Made by a program: the position numbers and the translations under genes. The notes under the pieces are model-generated. The model saw only the letters and a list, made by a program, of their open reading frames with translations. It did no database searches and was not told where the DNA came from. Source: Wickerhamiella versatilis (lineage: Eukaryota). Taken from it: DNA of 64,000 nucleotides. This document shows, piece after piece, positions 1-8,112 of this stretch; position 1 is the stretch's first letter; each line of letters opens with the position of its first letter. Location of the stretch: contig JAQOWU010000001.1 of the NCBI GenBank assembly GCA_030867685.1, positions 682,001 to 746,000 of the forward strand, written 5' to 3'.

Positions 1-76
1 CCGTTGTAGGTGTGGTAGAGTTGGACCATCTTACGGTGGTCGATGCAATCACAGACGCTACAAAGAATATTATCAT
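1..76 (-). CDS. 5' end of a probable secreted/cell-surface protein running off the left edge (partial)
   Basis: ATG at 76 reads MIIFFVASVIASTTVRWSNSTTPTT with no stop to the edge: hydrophobic signal-peptide-like start, then Ser/Thr-rich with an NST sequon. Confidence 0.45.
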   Translation of the reverse strand, partial: MIIFFVASVIASTTVRWSNSTTPTT

Positions 77-343
77 GCGTGGTTTGAAGAGATTTTGAAC
101 ATCCCACCTTAGTATTTATGTATAACGGTTGGTGGTTCAGACAGTCATCCAACCCACCGCACCCTTAACTACATGCTATTTAAAACTATCCCCGATTGAA
201 CCGTAACCTGTAGCTTGAAAAGAAAGAGTAGGTGATTTAGATACCCATAATATAAACATAAATAACACAAGCAGGATACGTTCGTCCTACCTGGCTAAAC
301 ATAAAGGTACATTATTTTTACAATTGGCTCATTACGCTGCTCA

Positions 344-1225
344 CTACTTGACTTCCTGAGCATAAAATTCCTCAATTGACGATGGACCGCCTTCAATATT
401 GCAATCACTTTGCGCCGCTGGTCCAAACTCTGTAGCCCAAAATCTTTTCTCGTGACCCATGAGAATCTGCTGCTTGACTAGACTTTTGACCCAATCATCT
501 CTTTGTAGTTGCCGGGAAAGATCTGAAAGTCCCATCGGTGTATTTTCTAATGCTGAGCCTGCCGATGCTTGAGGCGCTACTGGTACGGATCCGGCCAGTG
601 TAGCACCCTGTGTAACTTGCTGCTGCTGAGGCTGTTGAATTGGTTGCTGTGATGGATTCTGCGATGGATGTGGTGGAATAAGCTGTTGCTGACCTTGTTG
701 CGATAAAGCTACCTGCTGGGCACCATCCGAGGTGGGCCGAGGTTGAGAACGTAATTGAGATGGCATACTTGGTGGTAATATTGGAGCTACGCCAGAGGGA
801 GGGGGACCAAGTAGTCCAGGAATATTAGGAGGAGGTATTCCAGCTATCGGAGCTCCAGCAGAAGCAGGTGCACCAAGACCAAGGGTGTTAATCTGGAACC
901 GCTGCATTCGTGCGGTTTGAAGTGCTCGCTGGTTTGCTGGCCCACGCAACCATTCAATGAATTCTTCCAGATCTTGTGCATCTTCATCAGGTAACCGGGC
1001 CCCAACAACTTGGCATTCCGTAAGGACCAAAACAGCATCCTCGAAACTAACGCTGCGCCCGCGCAATTCAGCTGCCTGTGCTGCTGTTGTGGCTACAAAT
1101 AGAAGGTGCCTAATCAAGACATCATTAAGACAGTCTAATGCATCCCGAGAAGAACGATCCAGTCCTGCTGCTCGGCATAGTTGAGCAGTTGTCACGCGGG
1201 CCACTGCCCGGTGCCAGTCGCTCAT
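344..1225 (-). CDS. TAF3: TFIID subunit Taf3-like (bromodomain-associated histone fold, Pro/Gln-rich linker)
   Basis: First ATG at 1225 gives MSDWHRAVARVTTAQLCRAAGLDRSSRDALDCLNDVLIRHL, typical of the fungal Taf3 histone fold; later EEFIEW and DDWVKSL blocks. Confidence 0.75.
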   Translation of the reverse strand: MSDWHRAVARVTTAQLCRAAGLDRSSRDALDCLNDVLIRHLLFVATTAAQAAELRGRSVSFEDAVLVLTECQVVGARLPDEDAQDLEEFIEWLRGPANQRALQTARMQRFQINTLGLGAPASAGAPIAGIPPPNIPGLLGPPPSGVAPILPPSMPSQLRSQPRPTSDGAQQVALSQQGQQQLIPPHPSQNPSQQPIQQPQQQQVTQGATLAGSVPVAPQASAGSALENTPMGLSDLSRQLQRDDWVKSLVKQQILMGHEKRFWATEFGPAAQSDCNIEGGPSSIEEFYAQEVK

Positions 1226-1361
1226 TTGAGTATTACTAAGATCACAGAAATCCAATGCATTCACTGACTTGTTTTCAAAGGTATCGACCAAGCCAGTGTG
1301 TATAAAAATACTCTAAATTGAAATATGAATGAAAATATTTATATAAAAATTACTCAAAAAA

Positions 1362-2405
1362 TTACTTTTGAGGTGCATTCTCCTGTAAGTTGAGGTCCCT
1401 GATTTTCTCTTCAAGGTCCTTTTCAAGCTTGTCATCAATCTTATCATCGGTAGTGTTCGGTTTTTCAGCCGGTTTGGGTTTACTCTCAACTTTAGCGTGT
1501 ACCTGATTGTCACCTCCTTCCTGTTTTTCCTTTGGCGCATCCTTCTTCTTGCTTGGTTTCGAAGGTGAAGATGACTCTGTTTCTGCATTGAATACATACT
1601 TCGCATTTCCATCTTTTTCAGTCACCAGGACACCCTCAATCTCAGGGAATTCACCCAATGAGCCGAGTACCAACGTGTCGTTTTTACGATCACCAAAAGA
1701 TCCCACTCTTTCCATGTTGAAAAGCCAACGCGGGACATGCGATTCAACTAATTCTGGGAGCTGAGCAAATGGAAACACTTGCAACGAAGTTCCTGCGACA
1801 ATGCACAGGTCGACATCATCATCGAAGTCTTCATCAATACAGTCAAAGTATCGAGCAGGCAATGCTTCACCAAAGAATACGATATCCGGCTTTACAAGGC
1901 CGCCGCATGCAGGACAACGACACGGCTTTTCCTCTTCCACAGCTTTTTTCACAGTGTCACCATCGACAGTCTTCCCACATTCTATACAATGATTCTCTGC
2001 GAATGAACCATGCGCCTCGACAATCTTGTCTGGATGAACGCCTGCAATTCGTTCAAGAGTATCAATGTTCTGGGTATAAACACGTCTCAGCACACCGAGC
2101 TCAGAGACCCATGAAATGAAGCGATGAAATGAGGTGGGATTAAAGTTCCCAGGGTAAAGTCCTTTAGCCAGTACATAGAAAGCCTCTGGCTTCTCTCTGA
2201 AATAGTCAATGTCGAATACTGCCTCAGGAAACGGGAGGTTCAGTTTCGCCAAATTGGCATATAGCCCTGTTCCAGGTGATCGAAAGTCGGGAATACCAGC
2301 GGCTGTAGAGATCCCTGCACCCACCATAATTACCACGTTCTTGTATTTCCCACTTGCTAAATCGCGTATTAACTTCTCTGCATTACCGGCTCCTACCGCT
2401 GGCAT
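1362..2405 (-). CDS. HST2: Sir2-family NAD-dependent deacetylase, Hst2/SIRT2 type
   Basis: GAGISTAAGIPDFRSP, YTQNIDTLER, HGSF, two CxxC Zn pairs, KPDIVFFGE, GTSLQVFPFA, C-terminal NES-like LEEKIRDLNL. Start is ATG 2405 (AAAATG) or 2432; the track start at 2522 is TTG. Confidence 0.92.
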   Translation of the reverse strand: MPAVGAGNAEKLIRDLASGKYKNVVIMVGAGISTAAGIPDFRSPGTGLYANLAKLNLPFPEAVFDIDYFREKPEAFYVLAKGLYPGNFNPTSFHRFISWVSELGVLRRVYTQNIDTLERIAGVHPDKIVEAHGSFAENHCIECGKTVDGDTVKKAVEEEKPCRCPACGGLVKPDIVFFGEALPARYFDCIDEDFDDDVDLCIVAGTSLQVFPFAQLPELVESHVPRWLFNMERVGSFGDRKNDTLVLGSLGEFPEIEGVLVTEKDGNAKYVFNAETESSSPSKPSKKKDAPKEKQEGGDNQVHAKVESKPKPAEKPNTTDDKIDDKLEKDLEEKIRDLNLQENAPQK

Positions 2406-2532
2406 TTTCTGCGGCGAGCTTGTCTTCTTCATAAAGCTTGTAGTTGCCCACTGCGGCAAATACGAACGTAGCGATTCCCAGACCAAGGCGAATTCGTGGC
2501 GGTAATGCTCGATACCGCTCAAACAAAGACAT
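2383..2532 (-). CDS. Unannotated 49-aa single-TM microprotein overlapping the HST2 start
   Basis: ATG 2532 to TAA 2383: MSLFERYRALPPRIRLGLGIATFVFAAVGNYKLYEEDKLAAENASGRSR; basic amphipathic N-terminus plus GxGxxxxxxxxxG TM helix; below the ORF-track length cutoff. Confidence 0.6.
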   Translation of the reverse strand: MSLFERYRALPPRIRLGLGIATFVFAAVGNYKLYEEDKLAAENASGRSR

Positions 2533-2555
2533 TATATAATCGGCAGGTTCTAGCC

Positions 2556-5435
2556 ATGAAGCAAAGATTCGGTTACCTAGATCTGCGGCTTGTCACACAT
2601 GAAGCTGAGCCGCAGCTTTTGAACTGTAGGCTGCAGAACATTTATAGTCTCGAGCAAAGCAGCCGTCATTTCATGCTGAAGTTCGATTCTCATGGTGAGG
2701 GAAAGCAATACGTTATTGTGGATCCGGGTCTTCGGTGCCATCTTACTCGATATCAACACCAAGTAACTCAGCAACCGAGCGGATTTGTCACTAAACTTCG
2801 CAAGCATTTGAAGACAAGACGAGTTACAGGTTTTTGGGTGGCACCGCAGTCCCGCCTATTGGTAATCACCTTCAGTGAAGGTCAATACCATTTGGTCCTG
2901 GAATTTTTTGCGGGAGGCAACATTATTCTCACAGACAGCTCTGGAAAGATATTGTCCTTGTTCCGTGTTGTTCAGCAGTCTAATTGCATGGTGGGGCAGG
3001 TATATCCACTTGACTTCACACCCACAAGTCCCCAGACTGCCCCCTCCTTGGAATATATCAAAGAAATAAAGGGTCCTATTGGTAAAGCACTATATACGAA
3101 ATTCTACGATCCGAGTGCTTCGTTGATTGAATATTACTTACGGGATGAAGGCATAGATCCAAAATCAACAGAGTACGATGTAGAGGCCGTTCAACGGGCC
3201 CTTACCCGAGCCCTTGACCACGCTCATCGTCTAATGAACCAGGCTTCGACACCAGGATTCGTTCTTCGTGCAGCAGATGAGCAATCAATTGAGTTCGAGC
3301 CTTTTCGCGAGTATTTCGATCTAACGAAGAAGGAAGGTCAAACTGTCACTGAGTATCCAACATATAACCAAACAGTGGACGAGTACTTTGGCGCTATCTT
3401 AAGCGATCGGCAAGTTAACCGGGTGGAACAATTGCACCAGGTAGCCTCTTCTCGCTTGGAAGCAGCTGAAAAGGAACGAGAAAAACGGTTGAAGGGACTT
3501 GAAGATATACAAGCAGAGAACGATCGGCGTGGGTACTCGATTCAAGCTTCTATTGACGTCGTTGACCAGGCGATACAGGCTGTTCGTGAATTGCTTCAAA
3601 CAGGAAGTGACTGGGGTGACATATGGGAATTAGTTAAAGTTGAACAGGAGAAGGGAAATACGATTGCTGAATATATTAAATCACTTGATCTTGGTAACGA
3701 ACAGATTGTGCTACGGTTGCCCAATCCTGATAATTTTGAAGAAGATGTGGATGTGAAAATCAACCTCAGTGAATCTGCATGGGCTAATGCACGCAGATAT
3801 TTTGAGGTGAGGAAGCAGGCTACTGAAAAGATGGATAAAACTGAGAAGCATGCTGCGAAGGCATATAAGTCTGCAGAGGCCAAAATCAAGCGGGATCTTC
3901 AAGCAAACCTTGCAAAGCAAAAGACTCAAAGTACTAGCTTGCAGTCCATCAGGGATCCCTATTGGTTTGAAAAGTTCTACTGGTTTTTATCCTCAGATTA
4001 CACGCTAGTCATTGGTGCTCGTGACGATATGCAAAACGAGATTTTGTTAAGACGTTACTTTGGTCCCTCTGATATTCTTGTTGGGTCAGACGCCCCTGGT
4101 GCTATGATAGTGCTTATAAAAACGCAACGCGATCCGATCCCACAAACACTGCTTCAAGCTGCAGCTTTCTGCGCGGCAACAAGCCAAAAGGCTTGGGAGT
4201 CTCGGACATCGACGCCTGCGTGGTACTTGCCAAGAGCAAAGGTACCCCGAAAAAATGCTATGGGAGACCCAATTACTGTTAATGACCTTTTATCTCTGAA
4301 TCGCGTTAGACTGCCACCTGTGCCATTAGATATGGGTGTTGCTATTCTCTGGCAAGTGGCGAAGCCTCAACAACAGGAAGCAGAGGATTCTGACGACTTC
4401 CCTGATACGCAATTCAACTCTGATGAAGAATTCCCTGATACGGCATTTGATTCTGATGCAGAACCCATAGACGAGAGTGATGCTGGTGAGGATCAAACTC
4501 CTTCTATTGGTGGACTTCACGTTTCAAATGGCTCTGAAACTGAAATTGCATCGAGCAGTGAGGAACGCGAAAATGATAAAGTGAACTTTTCGCCTTCCCA
4601 CGTCTCTCAGGTGGCACCAAAAGAGGCCGAGCGCTCGGAAGAAGATGAAAAAGTAGATAATGAAGAAAAAGCGGACAAAGTAGGGGAAGAAGATCAGAAG
4701 GAAGTAGATGAAGAGGAAGAGAAGGAAGAAGAGGAAAAATTAGAGGAGGATAAGGAAGAAGAACTAAAAGAGAACGCATCCGGGCCTAACAATGGAAATG
4801 CGCAGGGAAATAGCAGTTCTGTTCTCACGTCAAAGCTCAAGGGTAAGTCTAAAAGTGCCCAGAGAAAGTTACGCAAGTATATGGAGCAGGACGAGGATGA
4901 CAGGCAGCGTGCTATGGAGCGTCTGGGAACACTGAAGGGACTTGAACAGCAGGCTCGCGAGAAGCAAGAACAAGAAGATGCACGAAAGAAGCAACAGGAG
5001 ATACAAAGAGCACGTCAACAGCGGGCTAAAGAGGCCGAGATTAGGCGCATTGAGTCAGAGGAGGTCGAAGAGACGCCACTTCCGACTGATCTCGTGTTCG
5101 ACATTACCAAGGGTACCGAAGACTCCGAAATTAGGGGTGCTGTCGCTATGTTTGGTCCCTGGGCATCAATGCAACGCTCAAAACTACGGGTTAAGCTGGT
5201 TCCTGGTCAGCTAAAGAAGGGAAAAGCTTGTTCAGAGATTCTTAACGCGGTTGGGAAACCCAAAGAGGTGAACCTGACACCAAGACAAACCAACCTGATT
5301 AAGGGGATCCGTGCCGTGGACTTACAGGGATCTATATCTGTATCTCGCGTCCAGCTAGGTGGATCATCAGCGCAGAAGAAGGCTGCGCAATCTTCCAAAA
5401 AAGGTGCTTCTAACAGGGGCAGGAAACACAAATAA
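2556..5435 (+). CDS. RQC2: Ribosome quality control subunit Rqc2/NEMF
   Basis: MKQRFGYLDL start (cf. yeast MKQRISALDL), PSGFVTKLRKHLKTRR, LVLEFFAGGNIILTD, SAWANARRYF, WFEKFYWFLSSD, acidic middle region, C-terminal KLVPGQLKKGKA. Confidence 0.93.
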   Translation: MKQRFGYLDLRLVTHEAEPQLLNCRLQNIYSLEQSSRHFMLKFDSHGEGKQYVIVDPGLRCHLTRYQHQVTQQPSGFVTKLRKHLKTRRVTGFWVAPQSRLLVITFSEGQYHLVLEFFAGGNIILTDSSGKILSLFRVVQQSNCMVGQVYPLDFTPTSPQTAPSLEYIKEIKGPIGKALYTKFYDPSASLIEYYLRDEGIDPKSTEYDVEAVQRALTRALDHAHRLMNQASTPGFVLRAADEQSIEFEPFREYFDLTKKEGQTVTEYPTYNQTVDEYFGAILSDRQVNRVEQLHQVASSRLEAAEKEREKRLKGLEDIQAENDRRGYSIQASIDVVDQAIQAVRELLQTGSDWGDIWELVKVEQEKGNTIAEYIKSLDLGNEQIVLRLPNPDNFEEDVDVKINLSESAWANARRYFEVRKQATEKMDKTEKHAAKAYKSAEAKIKRDLQANLAKQKTQSTSLQSIRDPYWFEKFYWFLSSDYTLVIGARDDMQNEILLRRYFGPSDILVGSDAPGAMIVLIKTQRDPIPQTLLQAAAFCAATSQKAWESRTSTPAWYLPRAKVPRKNAMGDPITVNDLLSLNRVRLPPVPLDMGVAILWQVAKPQQQEAEDSDDFPDTQFNSDEEFPDTAFDSDAEPIDESDAGEDQTPSIGGLHVSNGSETEIASSSEERENDKVNFSPSHVSQVAPKEAERSEEDEKVDNEEKADKVGEEDQKEVDEEEEKEEEEKLEEDKEEELKENASGPNNGNAQGNSSSVLTSKLKGKSKSAQRKLRKYMEQDEDDRQRAMERLGTLKGLEQQAREKQEQEDARKKQQEIQRARQQRAKEAEIRRIESEEVEETPLPTDLVFDITKGTEDSEIRGAVAMFGPWASMQRSKLRVKLVPGQLKKGKACSEILNAVGKPKEVNLTPRQTNLIKGIRAVDLQGSISVSRVQLGGSSAQKKAAQSSKKGASNRGRKHK

Positions 5436-5507
5436 GTAAGTCAGTCATAGACAAAACTCCAACATCGATGTTCTTTTACGTCTAGCAGGTTTAGGCTAAT
5501 TATATGC

Positions 5508-6035
5508 TCAGTTAAATTGTTGGCGTACCGCTTTAGCGAGTCTCCCCTTGGCAAAATCGAACATGTTCCGAATTCCGCGTTCTGAGAGATCCAAATTCTG
5601 GATAGATGGTTCGTCAACCGCTTCCTTGGTCACACGAGATGCTATGACCTGAGGTTCGGTCTCAAGAATAATTCCTCTGTCTATGCATTCATCTGCAGCC
5701 AGTGTAACACGATCGTAATATTCTAGAATGGTCGACTTATCAACACCATGACCCAGCAATATATCAAGTGCGTCACGATATCCAGTCAAAACCTGATATA
5801 AAAGAGCCTCATTTTCTTCGATGTCAGCCACAATATACAGCATCACGTCTGCAAGTTGTTTGTATACAACCAGCTTTTTGTCGACAATAATCACATCTCC
5901 GTTGACGCGATGCGTTTTCGAGAATAGATGCTTCTCAAAAGATTTCGCATTATCGAAATCCGTGTAATACTTAGCTAGAAGTCGTGACCCCTCACCATCC
6001 AACAGCAGTAACGCTTGGACAGCGTACAAGCTCAT
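5508..6035 (-). CDS. RET3: Coatomer zeta subunit
   Basis: MSLYAVQALLLLDGEGSRLLAKYY longin fold; ENEALLY, DECIDRGIILET. Confidence 0.93.
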   Translation of the reverse strand: MSLYAVQALLLLDGEGSRLLAKYYTDFDNAKSFEKHLFSKTHRVNGDVIIVDKKLVVYKQLADVMLYIVADIEENEALLYQVLTGYRDALDILLGHGVDKSTILEYYDRVTLAADECIDRGIILETEPQVIASRVTKEAVDEPSIQNLDLSERGIRNMFDFAKGRLAKAVRQQFN

Positions 6036-6171
6036 GATCGTACTTAGTAATATGCACTATGTGCTGGACACGTTCAAGCGACCATTAACGATATCAGGCA
6101 AAATAATTTCATTAAATTGAATCATACACTATGCTAATTATTTAAATCATTCCATACATCAAGTCAATACT

Positions 6172-7419
6172 TTAGCTAGCCATGGCACCTGTGACCTTAG
6201 CCTGCCGGTCAGAGTCATGACGTTTAGCCGCGTATTCCTCAATCTTCTCAGGATGATTTTGAAGAGCGTCCATTGCAGCTCTGAGGCCCGCTAATCTTCT
6301 ATTGTTGTCTTTACCGATACCCAAAATGTCATTTCCAACTCGGGCCTCCATTACAAAAGGGTTTTGGCTTTTCTCAACGTAAATGATCTTCTGTTGCGCA
6401 GAACCAATCTTGCGATAGAGCTCTGTTTTGGCATTCTTGTCTACCAAAATGCCTGAGTCTTTCCGGGAAAATGCGTCAACGTCAGGTTTCAATAACTTAT
6501 CCAACCAGCACTTGGTCGTTGAAATACCAGATTCATTCGTGACAGCTGCCACATATGCCTCGAAGGTATCACCCCATGCTTTATTGTGAATATCATGACG
6601 CTTTGAAACCTCCGCTGACGCACGCAGTCTCTTTGGAAAATTGTAAGCCAGGGCATATTTCCATAAATTGCTGTTGCAGACTAACCTGGATTTCCATTCA
6701 CTCAGACGACCTTCATCAGCATCTGGGAACGTGTCATAAAGTACATTTGAAACGATAAAATTAAGAATAGTATCTCCCTGAAATTCGAGTCGGTCGTTAT
6801 GAAACTCAGCATTTGCTGATCGGTGGGTAAACACTTGCTGAAGCAGCTGTTGGTTCTTGATTATTGGTAGTTCAGGTGGCCAGCTCGTATTGTCGACTTT
6901 ATGCTCAATAAGATTCATCTGCTCTATATGTTCTAGCATCGACTTAGCTTCTGCCAACTCATAGGCGGTCTTACTCTCCTCGCCAAGATTCAGAGATTCA
7001 ACCCACCCTTGGGCATATTGCAACCATTTTGCAAACTCCTCTGGACTTGAGTATGCCTGATAACTACCACCAATAGGTAGAGAGGTAGTATATATTATAG
7101 CGTCGATTAGTGGAAGCCGCCCACTCCAATAATTCCGAATGATTGACTGTGCAAGTTGAATTCGGGCCCTTGATACACCTCCCCTGTCGTAGAATTCTTC
7201 CATAAAGTCCAAATCCGCGTGCAGCAGTGGCTGAAATTTTCTTATGAGCTGTTCGAAGAGGGAGCCAACTCGAAACATATTGTCTTCAATTTCGTCGAAA
7301 CATCTATAGTCTGGCATTATATTATCATGCTTCTGATCTTTATTTTGATTCTTTGAACTACACGTTTGCTGCGAATTTGTCTTTCGTTTTTTTTCAGACG
7401 GCGCTAAGTTCCTTTCCAT
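6172..7419 (-). CDS. RNT1: RNase III (Rnt1 type: N-terminal domain, RNase III domain, one dsRBD)
   Basis: VFTHRS, signature variant NDRLEFQGD, GDTFEAY, dsRBD start DKNAKTELYRKIG, AGLRAAMDAL. Confidence 0.8.
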   Translation of the reverse strand: MERNLAPSEKKRKTNSQQTCSSKNQNKDQKHDNIMPDYRCFDEIEDNMFRVGSLFEQLIRKFQPLLHADLDFMEEFYDRGGVSRARIQLAQSIIRNYWSGRLPLIDAIIYTTSLPIGGSYQAYSSPEEFAKWLQYAQGWVESLNLGEESKTAYELAEAKSMLEHIEQMNLIEHKVDNTSWPPELPIIKNQQLLQQVFTHRSANAEFHNDRLEFQGDTILNFIVSNVLYDTFPDADEGRLSEWKSRLVCNSNLWKYALAYNFPKRLRASAEVSKRHDIHNKAWGDTFEAYVAAVTNESGISTTKCWLDKLLKPDVDAFSRKDSGILVDKNAKTELYRKIGSAQQKIIYVEKSQNPFVMEARVGNDILGIGKDNNRRLAGLRAAMDALQNHPEKIEEYAAKRHDSDRQAKVTGAMAS

Positions 7420-7450
7420 TCCCAGTTATTATCACCAATGATATAATCAT

Positions 7451-7459
7451 TCACGTGAC
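7451..7459. promoter_or_regulatory. Cbf1-type E-box TCACGTGAC in the RNT1/CNT divergent promoter (second copy TCACGTGAT at 7767-7775)
   Basis: Two exact RTCACGTG (reverse) bHLH sites in one 693-bp intergenic region. Confidence 0.4.
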
Positions 7460-8112
7460 ATGAATGTCCTCGAAGTCACCAGGTACTTGACAAAAAGAAT
7501 ACATAAGGAGTCTAAAATTTCTCGGACCAACAAAAAAAGTAAATACCTAGCGCACCTGATGTTTATATTCACAAGAAGTCCAAGAAAATAAAAATCTCTA
7601 ATCCTTAAAGAATTTGGGTGTTGCTGCCGTGGAATGATGTACTATTACTAGCGGATTACCTTTATAGGGTGGAATATACTGGTTACTTGGTTTAAAGTCG
7701 TATTTTATTATTTTTAGGGAGTTTGCCAGATTACTTTTTCACGCATAGGGTTAGGATAAAAAACACTCACGTGATGAAAACTTATTTCCACGGGAGAGGG
7801 TTCAAGTCTTTAAGGGAGAGGTGGTTAAAAATACTCAAGGATTATCTCTCATTCAGAAATAAGATAGTGGGCCAATCTTGTAGATGATATACCTGTCGGC
7901 AGTCATGAGCCTTAGGACACTGCTAAAGTAAATTGAAATAATGAAGCTCTATTCAGTTTTGATTCAGTGGTTGAATAGCAGAAATATTAGCAATGATGCT
8001 GCAGTGCTACGGTTACTACACGAGATAAAGCGATAGATGCCTTCTCCCAACATATGTTACATAATAATTAGGTCCAAATTGAAAGAAATATTCTGGTGTG
8101 CACACAGCGCCG

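Noticed and set aside
2433-2522. TTG-initiated N-terminal extension of Hst2 given by the ORF track
   Set aside because: Non-ATG start; the same DNA is better explained by the ATG-initiated microprotein frame
4640-4770. Purine-rich GAA/GAG run
   Set aside because: Encodes the acidic disordered region of Rqc2; not an independent repeat
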